This document shows positions 8,087 through 16,358 of a stretch of DNA of 48,244 nucleotides, piece after piece. Each line of letters starts with the position of its first letter. The first letter of the stretch is position 1. Under the pieces are notes generated by a model, which searched no databases, had not been told where the DNA came from, and was given only the letters and a program-made list of their open reading frames with translations. This DNA is from Elusimicrobia bacterium CG08_land_8_20_14_0_20_51_18. GTDB taxonomy: Bacteria; Elusimicrobiota; Elusimicrobia; Elusimicrobiales; UBA9959. The stretch lies in NCBI GenBank assembly GCA_002774685.1, contig PEXN01000105.1, positions 1 to 48,244 of the forward strand, written 5' to 3'. The position numbers and the translations under genes are program-made.

Positions 8087-10870
8087 TTACTTCCCTTTTC
8101 TCGGGTTCTTTATCTGCGCCTGCGCGGCCGACAGAATGGCTATCGGAACGCGGAACGGGGAGCAGGAGACGTAGTTAAGCCCCGTCTTGTGGCAGAATTC
8201 CACGGAAGCCGGTTCTCCGCCCTGTTCGCCGCAGATGCCTATCTTAAGGTCTTTGCGGGTCTTGCGGCCGCGTTCGACGGTGATCTTTATCAGCTCGCCC
8301 ACGCCGACCTGGTCTATGGTCTGGAAAGGGTCCACCGGGATTATCTTCTGATCCACGTATTCCTTCAGGAAATAGCCCGAATCGTCGCGGGAATAGCCGA
8401 AGGTCATCTGGGTGAGGTCGTTGGTGCCGAAAGAGAAGAACTGCATGGTCTCCGACAGCTTGCCCGCGATAAGACAGGCGCGCGGGATTTCTATCATGGT
8501 GCCGACCATATAGGCGAACTTCACGCCGCGGGACTTGGAGACCTCCGCGTACACTTTATGGATGAGCCCGGCCTGGTGGGTGACTTCCGCTTCGAGCGAA
8601 ACGACCGGGATCATGATGTCCGGATAAGCTTTCACGCCTTCCTTGTACAATTCGGCGGCGGCCTCGAAAATGGCCCTGGCCTGCGTCTCGGTTATCTCGG
8701 GATAAGTTACGCCGAGCCTGACGCCCCTGTGGCCCATCATCGGGTTGGATTCGCGCAGGGCGGTAGCGCGGGCTTCGAGTTCCTCGAAAGAGATATCGAG
8801 GGACTTGCCGAGCTCTTCAAGCTTTTCCTTCTGATGGGGAACGAACTCATGGAGCGGCGGGTCCATCAGGCGGATGGTAACATGCAGCCCTTCCATGACC
8901 TTCAGGGTGTTCTTAATGTCGTTCTTCATGTAAGGGAAGAGATCGTTGAGAGCGGCCTTCCTCTCTTCGAGGGTCTTGGACATGATCATTTTTCGCAGCT
9001 GGAACAGGGCCTGGTCGGAACCCTTGCCGTAAAACATATGTTCTATGCGGAACAGGCCTATGCCTTCGGCGCCGAACTTGCGGGCCACGGTGGAATCGGC
9101 CGGGGTGTCGGCGTTGGTCCAGACCTTAAGCGCGCGCACGCCGTTGCAAAGCTTGAGGAACTCGCCCAGGGTGCCCAGGGATTCGCTGGCGTCTATCATT
9201 CCCATCCGGCCTTTGTAGACGAGGCCTTTGGAGCCGTTAAGGGTTATCCAGTCGCCTTCCTTGAGTGTTTCGCCGCCGAGGCGCAGGGTTTTGGAACCGC
9301 GCTCTATCTCTACGCCGGCGCAGCCTACGACACAGCATTTGCCCCAGCCGCGGGCCACGAGGGCCGCGTGGGAGGTCATGCCGCCCCTGGCGGTGAGGAT
9401 GGCTTCGGCCGCCCTCATTCCTTCCACGTCTTCGGGATTGGTTTCTTCGCGTACTAAAATGACTTTTTTACCTTCTTTGTTCCATTTAACGGCGTCGGCC
9501 GCGGTGAAAACTATCATACCCACGGCGCCGCCGGGACCGGCGGGAAGGCCCTTGCCTATCGACTTGGTCTTGGCTTCGGCCTTCGGGTCTATGATCGGGT
9601 GGAGGAGTTCGTCAAGCTGGGAGGGGGTAACGCGCATGACGACTTCCTCGCGGGTGGCGAGTTTTTCCTTATACATATCGAGAGCCATGCGGACGGCCGC
9701 CGGGCCGTTCCTCTTGCCGACGCGGCACTGCAGCATGTACAGTTTGCCGTTCTCGACGGTGAATTCTATGTCGAGCATGTCGCGGTAATGCTTTTCGAGC
9801 TTGGCGCGGATGGCGGCCAGCTCCTTGTAGCAGGCGGGCATCAACTGCTGCATTGATTTAAGATTCCTGGACTGGTCGCTGCGGCTTTCCTCGTTGATGG
9901 GATGCGGGGTGCGGATGCCGGCCACGACGTCCTCGCCCTGGGCGTTCTCGAGGAACTCGCCGTAAAAATAATTTTCGCCGGTGCCGGGGTTGCGGGTAAA
10001 GGCCACGCCGGTGGCGGAAGTGTCGCCCATATTGCCGAACACCATGCTCTGCACGTTGACGGCGGTTCCCCATTCGGCGGGGATCTTCTCTATCTCGCGG
10101 TATTTCACTGCCTTGTTGCCCATCCAGGAGGCAAACACGGCGCCGATGGAACCCCAGAGCTGGTCCATGTGGTTGTCGGGAAATTCCTTGCCCAACGCTT
10201 CCTTTATCCTGGCCTTGAACTGTTCGGCCAGTTCCTTAAGGTCGTTGGCGCTCAGGTCGGTGTCGGACTTGGCGCCGCGCTTCTGCTTCATGGCGTCCAT
10301 GATATGCTCGAGCTGTTTGCGGATGCCCCTGTTGTCCTCGACCTCTATGCCGGCGCCTTTCTCCATGACGACGTCGGAGTACATCATGATGAGGCGGCGG
10401 TAGGAATCGTATACGAAGCGGGGATTCCTGGTGAGCTCTATGAGGCCCGGAATGGTCGCGGTGGTAAGACCGCAGTTAAGTATGGTTTCCATCATGCCCG
10501 GCATGGATTTCCTGGCGCCCGACCGCACGGAGACGAGGAGCGGGGTCTTCGGGTCGCCGAATTTTTTGCCGGTCAGTTCCTCGACGCGGGCGAGGTTCTT
10601 TTCGACGTCGGCCCTGAGCTGTTTCGGATAGGACCTTTTATTGGCCCAATACCAGGCGCAGACTTCAGTGGTTATGGTGAAGCCCGGTGGTACCGGGAGC
10701 TTCAAAGAGGGATGCCCCGCCATTTCGGCCAGGTTCGCGCCCTTGCCGCCGAGCAAATTTTTCATGGATTCTTTGCCTTCGGCTTTTCCGCCGCCGAAGG
10801 AATAGACCATCTTCGAAATTTTAGCCTGTTTCTTGGAATTATTTGATTTTTTAACAGCCGTTTTAGCCAT
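8087..10870 (-). CDS. ppdK: Pyruvate, phosphate dikinase
   Basis: Phosphohistidine motif GGMTSHAALVARGWGK and C-terminal PEP-utilising domain (KIGICGEQGGEP). I moved the start to the ATG at 10868-10870 (MAKTAVKK...), which has AGGAGA 7 nt upstream. The 28 extra codons in the ORF track have no SD. Confidence 0.95.
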   Translation of the reverse strand: MAKTAVKKSNNSKKQAKISKMVYSFGGGKAEGKESMKNLLGGKGANLAEMAGHPSLKLPVPPGFTITTEVCAWYWANKRSYPKQLRADVEKNLARVEELTGKKFGDPKTPLLVSVRSGARKSMPGMMETILNCGLTTATIPGLIELTRNPRFVYDSYRRLIMMYSDVVMEKGAGIEVEDNRGIRKQLEHIMDAMKQKRGAKSDTDLSANDLKELAEQFKARIKEALGKEFPDNHMDQLWGSIGAVFASWMGNKAVKYREIEKIPAEWGTAVNVQSMVFGNMGDTSATGVAFTRNPGTGENYFYGEFLENAQGEDVVAGIRTPHPINEESRSDQSRNLKSMQQLMPACYKELAAIRAKLEKHYRDMLDIEFTVENGKLYMLQCRVGKRNGPAAVRMALDMYKEKLATREEVVMRVTPSQLDELLHPIIDPKAEAKTKSIGKGLPAGPGGAVGMIVFTAADAVKWNKEGKKVILVREETNPEDVEGMRAAEAILTARGGMTSHAALVARGWGKCCVVGCAGVEIERGSKTLRLGGETLKEGDWITLNGSKGLVYKGRMGMIDASESLGTLGEFLKLCNGVRALKVWTNADTPADSTVARKFGAEGIGLFRIEHMFYGKGSDQALFQLRKMIMSKTLEERKAALNDLFPYMKNDIKNTLKVMEGLHVTIRLMDPPLHEFVPHQKEKLEELGKSLDISFEELEARATALRESNPMMGHRGVRLGVTYPEITETQARAIFEAAAELYKEGVKAYPDIMIPVVSLEAEVTHQAGLIHKVYAEVSKSRGVKFAYMVGTMIEIPRACLIAGKLSETMQFFSFGTNDLTQMTFGYSRDDSGYFLKEYVDQKIIPVDPFQTIDQVGVGELIKITVERGRKTRKDLKIGICGEQGGEPASVEFCHKTGLNYVSCSPFRVPIAILSAAQAQIKNPRKGK

Positions 10871-10899
10871 TGTATTGTCTCCTGTGGATATAAGAAATA

Positions 10900-10954
10900 A
10901 TAGGGTTTGGAACCCTATAATGACATAATAGCAAATTAACCCGACATCCCGCAA
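10900..10954 (-). promoter_or_regulatory. Candidate ppdK promoter (TTGCGG-N18-TATTAT) with palindrome ATAGGGTT-TGG-AACCCTAT just downstream
   Basis: On the minus strand, -35 is the complement of 10949-10954 and -10 is the complement of 10925-10930. The 8-bp-arm palindrome is at 10900-10918. Confidence 0.3.
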
Positions 10955-10990
10955 TTGATAGCGTTTATATGATTCCTGGACCGGATGACT

Positions 10991-11494
10991 CTAAACCATG
11001 TCCGAATACGAACCGGAAAGGAGATCCTTGCCGGTTATGCCGAAGAGTTTCATGTAGAACCCGCACTGCCTGAGCAATTTTTTCTTTTCCGAGGCTTTTT
11101 TGCCCATGGCCTCTATCTCCGCGAAACTGCCAAGGCCTTTCACTTTGTCTATGTGGAATTTTACGTTCTTCAGGAAATATATCCCGCGTTCTTTGTCCAC
11201 AACGGTTTTCACGCCCAGCGCGGAGGACAAAAGCTCTTTCAGTTCCCCGCCGGGGGCGGTTTTATAAAGGAGTATATCGGATTCCTTGGGGCCCTTCTTA
11301 TTCTTCCTCTTGTAATATATCAGGCTGTTCTCTATACGGCCTTCCCTCAATTTCAACCGTCCTGAAAGAACATTAAAATAAGTGTCAATCTGGCGGTCCA
11401 GGCCCCGGAATTCCGCGCGCAGAGATTCGAGGATTTTCCTTATTTTCACCGGATCCTTTATTTTCGCTTTTATCTCAATATTTATCACTCTCAT
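10991..11494 (-). CDS. CYTH-domain protein (class IV adenylate cyclase / CyaB-like)
   Basis: 167 aa. N-terminal NIEIKAK (ExExK-type strand), ...DTYF...GRLKLREG...LIYYKR... and C-terminal HIDKVKGLGSFAEIE, as in CyaB-like CYTH proteins. Confidence 0.7.
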   Translation of the reverse strand: MRVINIEIKAKIKDPVKIRKILESLRAEFRGLDRQIDTYFNVLSGRLKLREGRIENSLIYYKRKNKKGPKESDILLYKTAPGGELKELLSSALGVKTVVDKERGIYFLKNVKFHIDKVKGLGSFAEIEAMGKKASEKKKLLRQCGFYMKLFGITGKDLLSGSYSDMV

Positions 11495-11514
11495 TTTTTA
11501 ATCGCCGAACTTTC

Positions 11515-11589
11515 CCCGACTTCCGACTTGTCAACTTTTCAACTTTCTTTATTCTTTCTCAATTTCTTAATCTCTCAATCTCTTAATCA
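11515..11589. repeat. Paired-octamer stutter tract
   Basis: CCCGACT TCCGACT / TGTCAACT TTTCAACT / ... TTTCTCAA TTTCTTAA TCTCTCAA TCTCTTAA. Successive units are duplicated and then mutate stepwise. Confidence 0.65.
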
Positions 11590-11598
11590 CCTTGTTGT

Positions 11599-11648
11599 CC
11601 CTTTATTCTTTCATCCCTCATCCTTTATCCCCTATCCCTTATCCCTAT
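11599..11648 (-). repeat. Heptad array GGGATAA-type x6 on the transcribed strand
   Basis: The minus strand reads TAG GGATAAG GGATAGG GGATAAA GGATGAG GGATGAA AGAATAA AGGGA. It starts at the ptrB stop codon (11645-11647). Confidence 0.7.
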
Positions 11649-13744
11649 TTATCTATCCCTTCCAGCTTGAAGACGAAGGCGAAAATAAGCGCTTTTTCTT
11701 TCAGGTATTCGAAGCGTCCGGTCTTTCCGCCGTGGCCGGTGGACATATCCGTTTTCAGCAGCATCAGGCTTTTGCCCGTATTGAAATCCCTGAGCTTAGC
11801 GGTCCATTTGGTCGGCTCCCAGTACTGCACCTGGGAATCGTGGTAGCCGGAGGTTATCAGCATGTTCGGATAAGGTTTTTTCTCCACGTTGTCGTAGGGG
11901 GAGTAGGATTTCATGTAATCGTAATATTCCTTTACGTTCGGATTGCCCCATTCGTCGTATTCGCCGGTAGTAAGGGGGATGGAATCGTCCAGCATGGTGG
12001 TTATAACGTCCACGAAAGGGACCTGCGCTATTATCCCTTTATAAAGCTCGTTAGCCATGTTTGAAACAGCGCCTACCAGCAATCCTCCGGCGGAACCGCC
12101 GGCCGCATAAACGTGACCCGCGGAGCCGTAACCTTTTTCTATCAGGAACCTGGTCCCGTCTATGAAATCATTGAAGGTGTTTTTCTTGGCCAGCTGCCTG
12201 CCGTCCTCGTACCATTTCCTGCCTAAATCGCTGCCGCCGCGTATATGTATCCTGGCATAGGCGAACCCTCTGTCAAGCAGACTGAAAGTATTCGGGCCGA
12301 AATCGGCGTCAAGGCTGTAACCGTAGGAACCGTAGCCGTAAACGAAAAGTTTTTTGACGGAATTTTCGGGGAACTTCTTGTCGTAAACCAGAGTCACGGG
12401 GACCCTGGCGCCGTCCCTCGCCGCGAACCACAGCCTTTCCGTGGCGTACCTGGAGATATCATAACCCGGCACCTCGTCCCTTTTGAGAAGGGAGGATTTC
12501 CTGGTTTCAAGGTCGAAATCGTAAACCGAAGGAGGCGTCACCATGGATTCGTAATGATACCTGAAAACGCCGCTTTCATACTCCATATTTTCGCCGGGAT
12601 AGACCGCATAGGCCCGGTCCGGGAAATCGATATAAAAGCTTTCGCCGTTTTTCCTGTTTATCACCTTGAAACCGGCTAAAGCGTTCTTTCTTTCCTGAAC
12701 GATGAACCAATCCTTGAAAACCTCCATGGATTCTATAAGCGCTTCGGCGCTGTGCGGCAAGAAATCTTTCCAGTTTTTCACGTCCGTGTTTTCCCTGGAA
12801 ACGGAAGATACCTTGAAATTTTTCGCGTCCCTGTTGTGCAGGATGTAAAAGACGTCCCCGCCGTCCTCCACCGAATACTCGAGCCCCTTTTCCCGGGGAT
12901 AAAAAACCCTGAACACGGCGGAACCGCCTTCGGCCGAGGCGTAACGGACTTCGGTGAAAAGCGTGGTCTGGGAGTTCAGAAAAATATATTTGTCGGTAAT
13001 CGCCTTGGAAACGTAGAGCGAAAAGGTTTCGTCCGCTTCGTAATAGATCTCCTTGTCGGCTGCCGGCGAACCGAGCTCATGGGAAAGGAACCTGTCCCAA
13101 CGCAGGGTCCGGCTGTCCTGTTTTACGTAGAAAAGAGTCTTATTGTCGTTGGCCCAGGTCATATTGCCGGCCGTGTTCTCTATCTTTTCCTCCAGGGTCT
13201 TGCCCGTAACGAGGTCCTTGAAGTAAATCGTGTAAAATCTACGGCCGGTGAAATCGGCGCCGTAAGCTATCATCTTGTGATCCGGCCTTACCGAAGGGAA
13301 CCTTACGGAACAGAATTCCCGGCCCTTGGCCAATTCGTTCACGTTCAGTATGACTTCCTCTTTCCCGGCCGGGTCTTTTCTCATATAAAAAGGATACTCC
13401 AGCCCCGTCTCGTACCTTTTGTAATAATAGTAGTTACCGTATTTGAAAGGAACCGTCGAATCGTCTTCCTTTATCCTGCTCCTCATTTCGGCATAAAGCT
13501 TTTCCTGGAATTTTCCGGTATCCGCCATTACCTTGTCGGTGTACTCGTTTTCGGCCTTGAGATAGTCCAGCACGTCCTTCGTATCTCTTTCTTTCATCCA
13601 GAAATAGTCGTCCACCCGCACGTCCCCGTGCTTTTCGAGTTTATGCGGTATTTTTTTAGCTTCGGGCGGTTTTACCATATCTTCTCCTTTTAAGCCGAAC
13701 GGCAATAGCAAACAAAAAACGGTGAAACATATCTTGTTTTTCAC
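11645..13744 (-). CDS. ptrB: Oligopeptidase B / prolyl oligopeptidase family (S9A), secreted
   Basis: Beta-propeller plus alpha/beta hydrolase domain, with nucleophile elbow GGSAGG and C-terminal His in MSTGHGG. GTG start with GGGAGG 4 nt upstream. Signal-like N-terminus. Confidence 0.9.
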   Translation of the reverse strand: MKNKICFTVFCLLLPFGLKGEDMVKPPEAKKIPHKLEKHGDVRVDDYFWMKERDTKDVLDYLKAENEYTDKVMADTGKFQEKLYAEMRSRIKEDDSTVPFKYGNYYYYKRYETGLEYPFYMRKDPAGKEEVILNVNELAKGREFCSVRFPSVRPDHKMIAYGADFTGRRFYTIYFKDLVTGKTLEEKIENTAGNMTWANDNKTLFYVKQDSRTLRWDRFLSHELGSPAADKEIYYEADETFSLYVSKAITDKYIFLNSQTTLFTEVRYASAEGGSAVFRVFYPREKGLEYSVEDGGDVFYILHNRDAKNFKVSSVSRENTDVKNWKDFLPHSAEALIESMEVFKDWFIVQERKNALAGFKVINRKNGESFYIDFPDRAYAVYPGENMEYESGVFRYHYESMVTPPSVYDFDLETRKSSLLKRDEVPGYDISRYATERLWFAARDGARVPVTLVYDKKFPENSVKKLFVYGYGSYGYSLDADFGPNTFSLLDRGFAYARIHIRGGSDLGRKWYEDGRQLAKKNTFNDFIDGTRFLIEKGYGSAGHVYAAGGSAGGLLVGAVSNMANELYKGIIAQVPFVDVITTMLDDSIPLTTGEYDEWGNPNVKEYYDYMKSYSPYDNVEKKPYPNMLITSGYHDSQVQYWEPTKWTAKLRDFNTGKSLMLLKTDMSTGHGGKTGRFEYLKEKALIFAFVFKLEGIDK

Positions 13745-13943
13745 GGCCCCTCCCGTATACGGATAAAATTATATCATTTCCGCGCGGCGCGCCATGTCCG
13801 ATGCGGGTTCGGAACGGGCATTTTAAAAAACTCCCCGACTCCCCGAACCTGGTTCGGGTATAAAGCGGGAGGTTTGTAGGACGGACCGAAAGGCCTATAC
13901 CGGAATAAGACCTTAAACTCTGGCATAAAACGCTCTCGAGCCC

Positions 13944-13949
13944 CATAAT
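13944..13949 (+). promoter_or_regulatory. -10-like box CATAAT 6 nt before the ATG (leaderless-type start)
   Basis: CATAAT-atcatc-ATG(13956), with no SD in the preceding 20 nt. Confidence 0.35.
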
Positions 13950-13955
13950 ATCATC

Positions 13956-14921
13956 ATGAAGCGAATAATCCTTTTAATACCCCTGCTCTGCCTTTCCGGA
14001 CCAAGCTCATTTTCTCAGGAAACGGCTATGGATGAACTGCTTCAGTACGGGGGAGAAGATTATAGCATGGAAATACCCGCGCCTGGAAAAGCAAACGCGG
14101 CCCTTGCGGAAAACGGTTCAAACCCCGCGGAAGCCAGGCAATGGCTGCCTCCGGACAATGATGAGCCGGGCTTTTCCTGGCCGGACGAAGGGGGAACGGT
14201 TTCCAAAAGCGCCGCCGAAACCGGCGCCGGAGGGTATTACGTCCTTATCAAAAATCTCTCCACGTTTTTCAAAAGCTCAGATTCCGATTCCTCGACTCTT
14301 GCGGAAAACCAAAAATGCGTTTTGTCGCCGAACGCGAAATATAAAACCCTCGCCATGCCGGATTTTTACGGCGACCACGTCGTAGCGGAGCTGGACGCCG
14401 CCGCCTCCACCTGCCCGTTTACGAAAGGCTATATCTACATGCCCCACGTTTCGGCCACTTCCGCCGGCGGGGCTTCCCAATTGCCTGCGAACATCCGGGC
14501 CTTTCTCGACACCCTCGCCCACGCCGAAGGCACGGAAGAAAATTACAACCTTATGTTCACTTTCGCCGAATTCAAAGACTACAAGGACCACCCGAGAGAC
14601 AGGCAATGCAGCGGGAAATTGTGTTCGGATGCCGCCGGCCGCTACCAGTTCCTCTCCAAAACCTGGGACCCGCTCGCGGAAGATCTGGGCCTCAAGGATT
14701 TCACGCCTCCTAATCAGGATAAAGCCGTCCTGGAATTGATCAGACGAGCCGGCGCTTATACGGCCGTCAGCAAATCCTCGGAATACGCCAATTTCACGAA
14801 AGCCCTGAACAAACTGAACGGCATATGGGCGTCCCTGCCCGGCAGCCCTTACGGCCAGCCCACTCATTCCACCGCTTCCCTCTGGAACTTCTACAAAAAA
14901 AGCCTAGCGAAATACAAATAA
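13956..14921 (+). CDS. Secreted lambda-lysozyme-like lytic transglycosylase (GH104-type C-terminal domain)
   Basis: Signal peptide. The C-terminal 150 aa carry LAHAEGTE..., AAGRYQFLSKTWD and IWASLPGSPYGQP, as in phage lambda R-type transglycosylases. The N-terminal ~170 aa have no motif I recognise. Confidence 0.7.
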   Translation: MKRIILLIPLLCLSGPSSFSQETAMDELLQYGGEDYSMEIPAPGKANAALAENGSNPAEARQWLPPDNDEPGFSWPDEGGTVSKSAAETGAGGYYVLIKNLSTFFKSSDSDSSTLAENQKCVLSPNAKYKTLAMPDFYGDHVVAELDAAASTCPFTKGYIYMPHVSATSAGGASQLPANIRAFLDTLAHAEGTEENYNLMFTFAEFKDYKDHPRDRQCSGKLCSDAAGRYQFLSKTWDPLAEDLGLKDFTPPNQDKAVLELIRRAGAYTAVSKSSEYANFTKALNKLNGIWASLPGSPYGQPTHSTASLWNFYKKSLAKYK

Positions 14922-14951
14922 AGCTCCCCCTGCCTCGCCCGGGACGGTAAG

Positions 14952-14976
14952 TTGGTCAACCCCGGGGGTTGACCAA
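14952..14976. other. 25-nt perfect palindrome TTGGTCAACCCC-G-GGGGTTGACCAA
   Basis: Arms are 12/12 complementary. It lies 31 nt after the GH104-like stop and about 50 nt upstream of the cinA -10 box. No U-tract follows. Confidence 0.6.
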
Positions 14977-15025
14977 CCAGGTCAGCTTCCAAAAATGAGG
15001 GTTAAGATGGGGGAAAAGGTTATTT

Positions 15026-15033
15026 TGTATAAT
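15026..15033 (+). promoter_or_regulatory. TGTATAAT box 7 nt before the cinA ATG (leaderless-type start)
   Basis: TGTATAAT-catagtc-ATG(15041), with no SD. Confidence 0.4.
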
Positions 15034-15040
15034 CATAGTC

Positions 15041-16279
15041 ATGAATAGAACGGCTTTTTTCATAGCGACGGGCAGCGAGCTCATAAATTTCAAGGTAAAC
15101 CAGTACGCGCCGCTCTTTTCGGAAAAACTGAAGGACCACGGGATACACCTCAAGGGGGAAATCACCGTGGGCGACGATTTAGCCGACATAAAAAAAGCCT
15201 TAATTTTCGCCCTTAAAAACTACGGCCTCATAATTTCCTGCGGCGGTCTGGGGCCGACCTTCGACGACCTGACCAGGCGGGCTTTTTCGGAAGTCCTCGG
15301 GATAAAGCTGGTCCGTTCAAAAAAAATAGCGTCTTTTCTCAAGAGGAAATACCGTCTTGCGGCTCTTCCACCGAACATGACGGACCAGCGCCTGGTCATG
15401 AAAGGCGCGGAGCTTTTTCAAAACGACAACGGCACGGCCTTCGGCCAGGCCGTTTCCGCCAAAGGCCGGACCATAATACTCCTCCCTGGACCCAGGAACG
15501 AATGGGAACCGATGTGGGGAAAAAGCGTGAAAAAATTCCTGGCCGGAAAATTCCGAAGCAAAAAAACCGGTTCGGAAAGGTTCAAAATAGCGGACATGAA
15601 AGAAATGGAGGTCCAGAAAATCTTAAACCCGCTGATGGAAAGACACAAAAACGCCGGCTATACGGTCCTGGCCGGACCCAATATCTGCGAATTCTCTTTT
15701 AGAACGGCCGAAAAAAAACAGGCTTTAAAAATAAAGAAAGAGATACAAAGGGCGCTGAGAGAAAAGATCTACGGTTACGGGACCGAAACCCTCGAAGGAA
15801 ATCTCGGAAAGGCGTTGAGAAAAAGGGGTAAAACACTGGCCGCGGCGGAATCCTGCACCGGCGGGCTTCTTTCAAGCCTTATAACCGACGTCCCCGGCAG
15901 CTCGGACTATTTCAAGGGCGGAGTGAACGCCTATTCGAACGCGGCTAAAATGGAAGTTCTCGGCGTCAAAAAAGCGACGCTGAAAAAATCCGGCTCGGTC
16001 TCGGTAGAATGCGCCTCGGAGATGGCCGAGAGAGCCAGGACGCTGTTCAAAACCGATTACGCCGTTTCCGTTACCGGGATAGCCGGGCCCGGCGGCGGGA
16101 CGCCTCAAAAACCCGTGGGACTGGTTTATTTCGGCCTGGCCTCCGAGGGGGGAACCCTGGTTTTTAAGAAAAATTTCAGGGGCGGCAGAAAATTCATAAA
16201 AAACTGCTCGGCGAATACAGCTTTGTTCCTGGCTCTGAAATTAATAAAATGTGGAGAAGGCGTAAGGCGCAAGGCATAA
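15041..16279 (+). CDS. cinA: CinA family protein (MoCF-like N-domain + nicotinamide-nucleotide amidohydrolase PncC-like C-domain)
   Basis: N-domain CGGLGPTFDDLTR. The C-domain has TLAAAESCTGGLL and VSVTGIAGPGGG. Confidence 0.9.
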   Translation: MNRTAFFIATGSELINFKVNQYAPLFSEKLKDHGIHLKGEITVGDDLADIKKALIFALKNYGLIISCGGLGPTFDDLTRRAFSEVLGIKLVRSKKIASFLKRKYRLAALPPNMTDQRLVMKGAELFQNDNGTAFGQAVSAKGRTIILLPGPRNEWEPMWGKSVKKFLAGKFRSKKTGSERFKIADMKEMEVQKILNPLMERHKNAGYTVLAGPNICEFSFRTAEKKQALKIKKEIQRALREKIYGYGTETLEGNLGKALRKRGKTLAAAESCTGGLLSSLITDVPGSSDYFKGGVNAYSNAAKMEVLGVKKATLKKSGSVSVECASEMAERARTLFKTDYAVSVTGIAGPGGGTPQKPVGLVYFGLASEGGTLVFKKNFRGGRKFIKNCSANTALFLALKLIKCGEGVRRKA

Positions 16280-16303
16280 GGCGAAAGTTATAGGAGATAA
16301 AAA
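16255..16303 (+). repeat. Seven consecutive heptads, the first four nnAAGGC
   Basis: AGAAGGC GTAAGGC GCAAGGC ATAAGGC GAAAGTT ATAGGAG ATAAAAA. The array begins in the last 8 codons of cinA and runs across its TAA (16277-16279). Confidence 0.75.
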
Positions 16304-16358
16304 AATCTTCTTCCGCTTTAAACTTGCCGCCGGCGGCCCGTTATTACAGGAGACTGCC

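Noticed and set aside
13956-14921. GH104 lysozyme-like gene as the marker of a prophage or defence island
   Set aside because: No integrase, holin, terminase, structural or att-like features lie within 10 kb on either side. The flanking genes are housekeeping.
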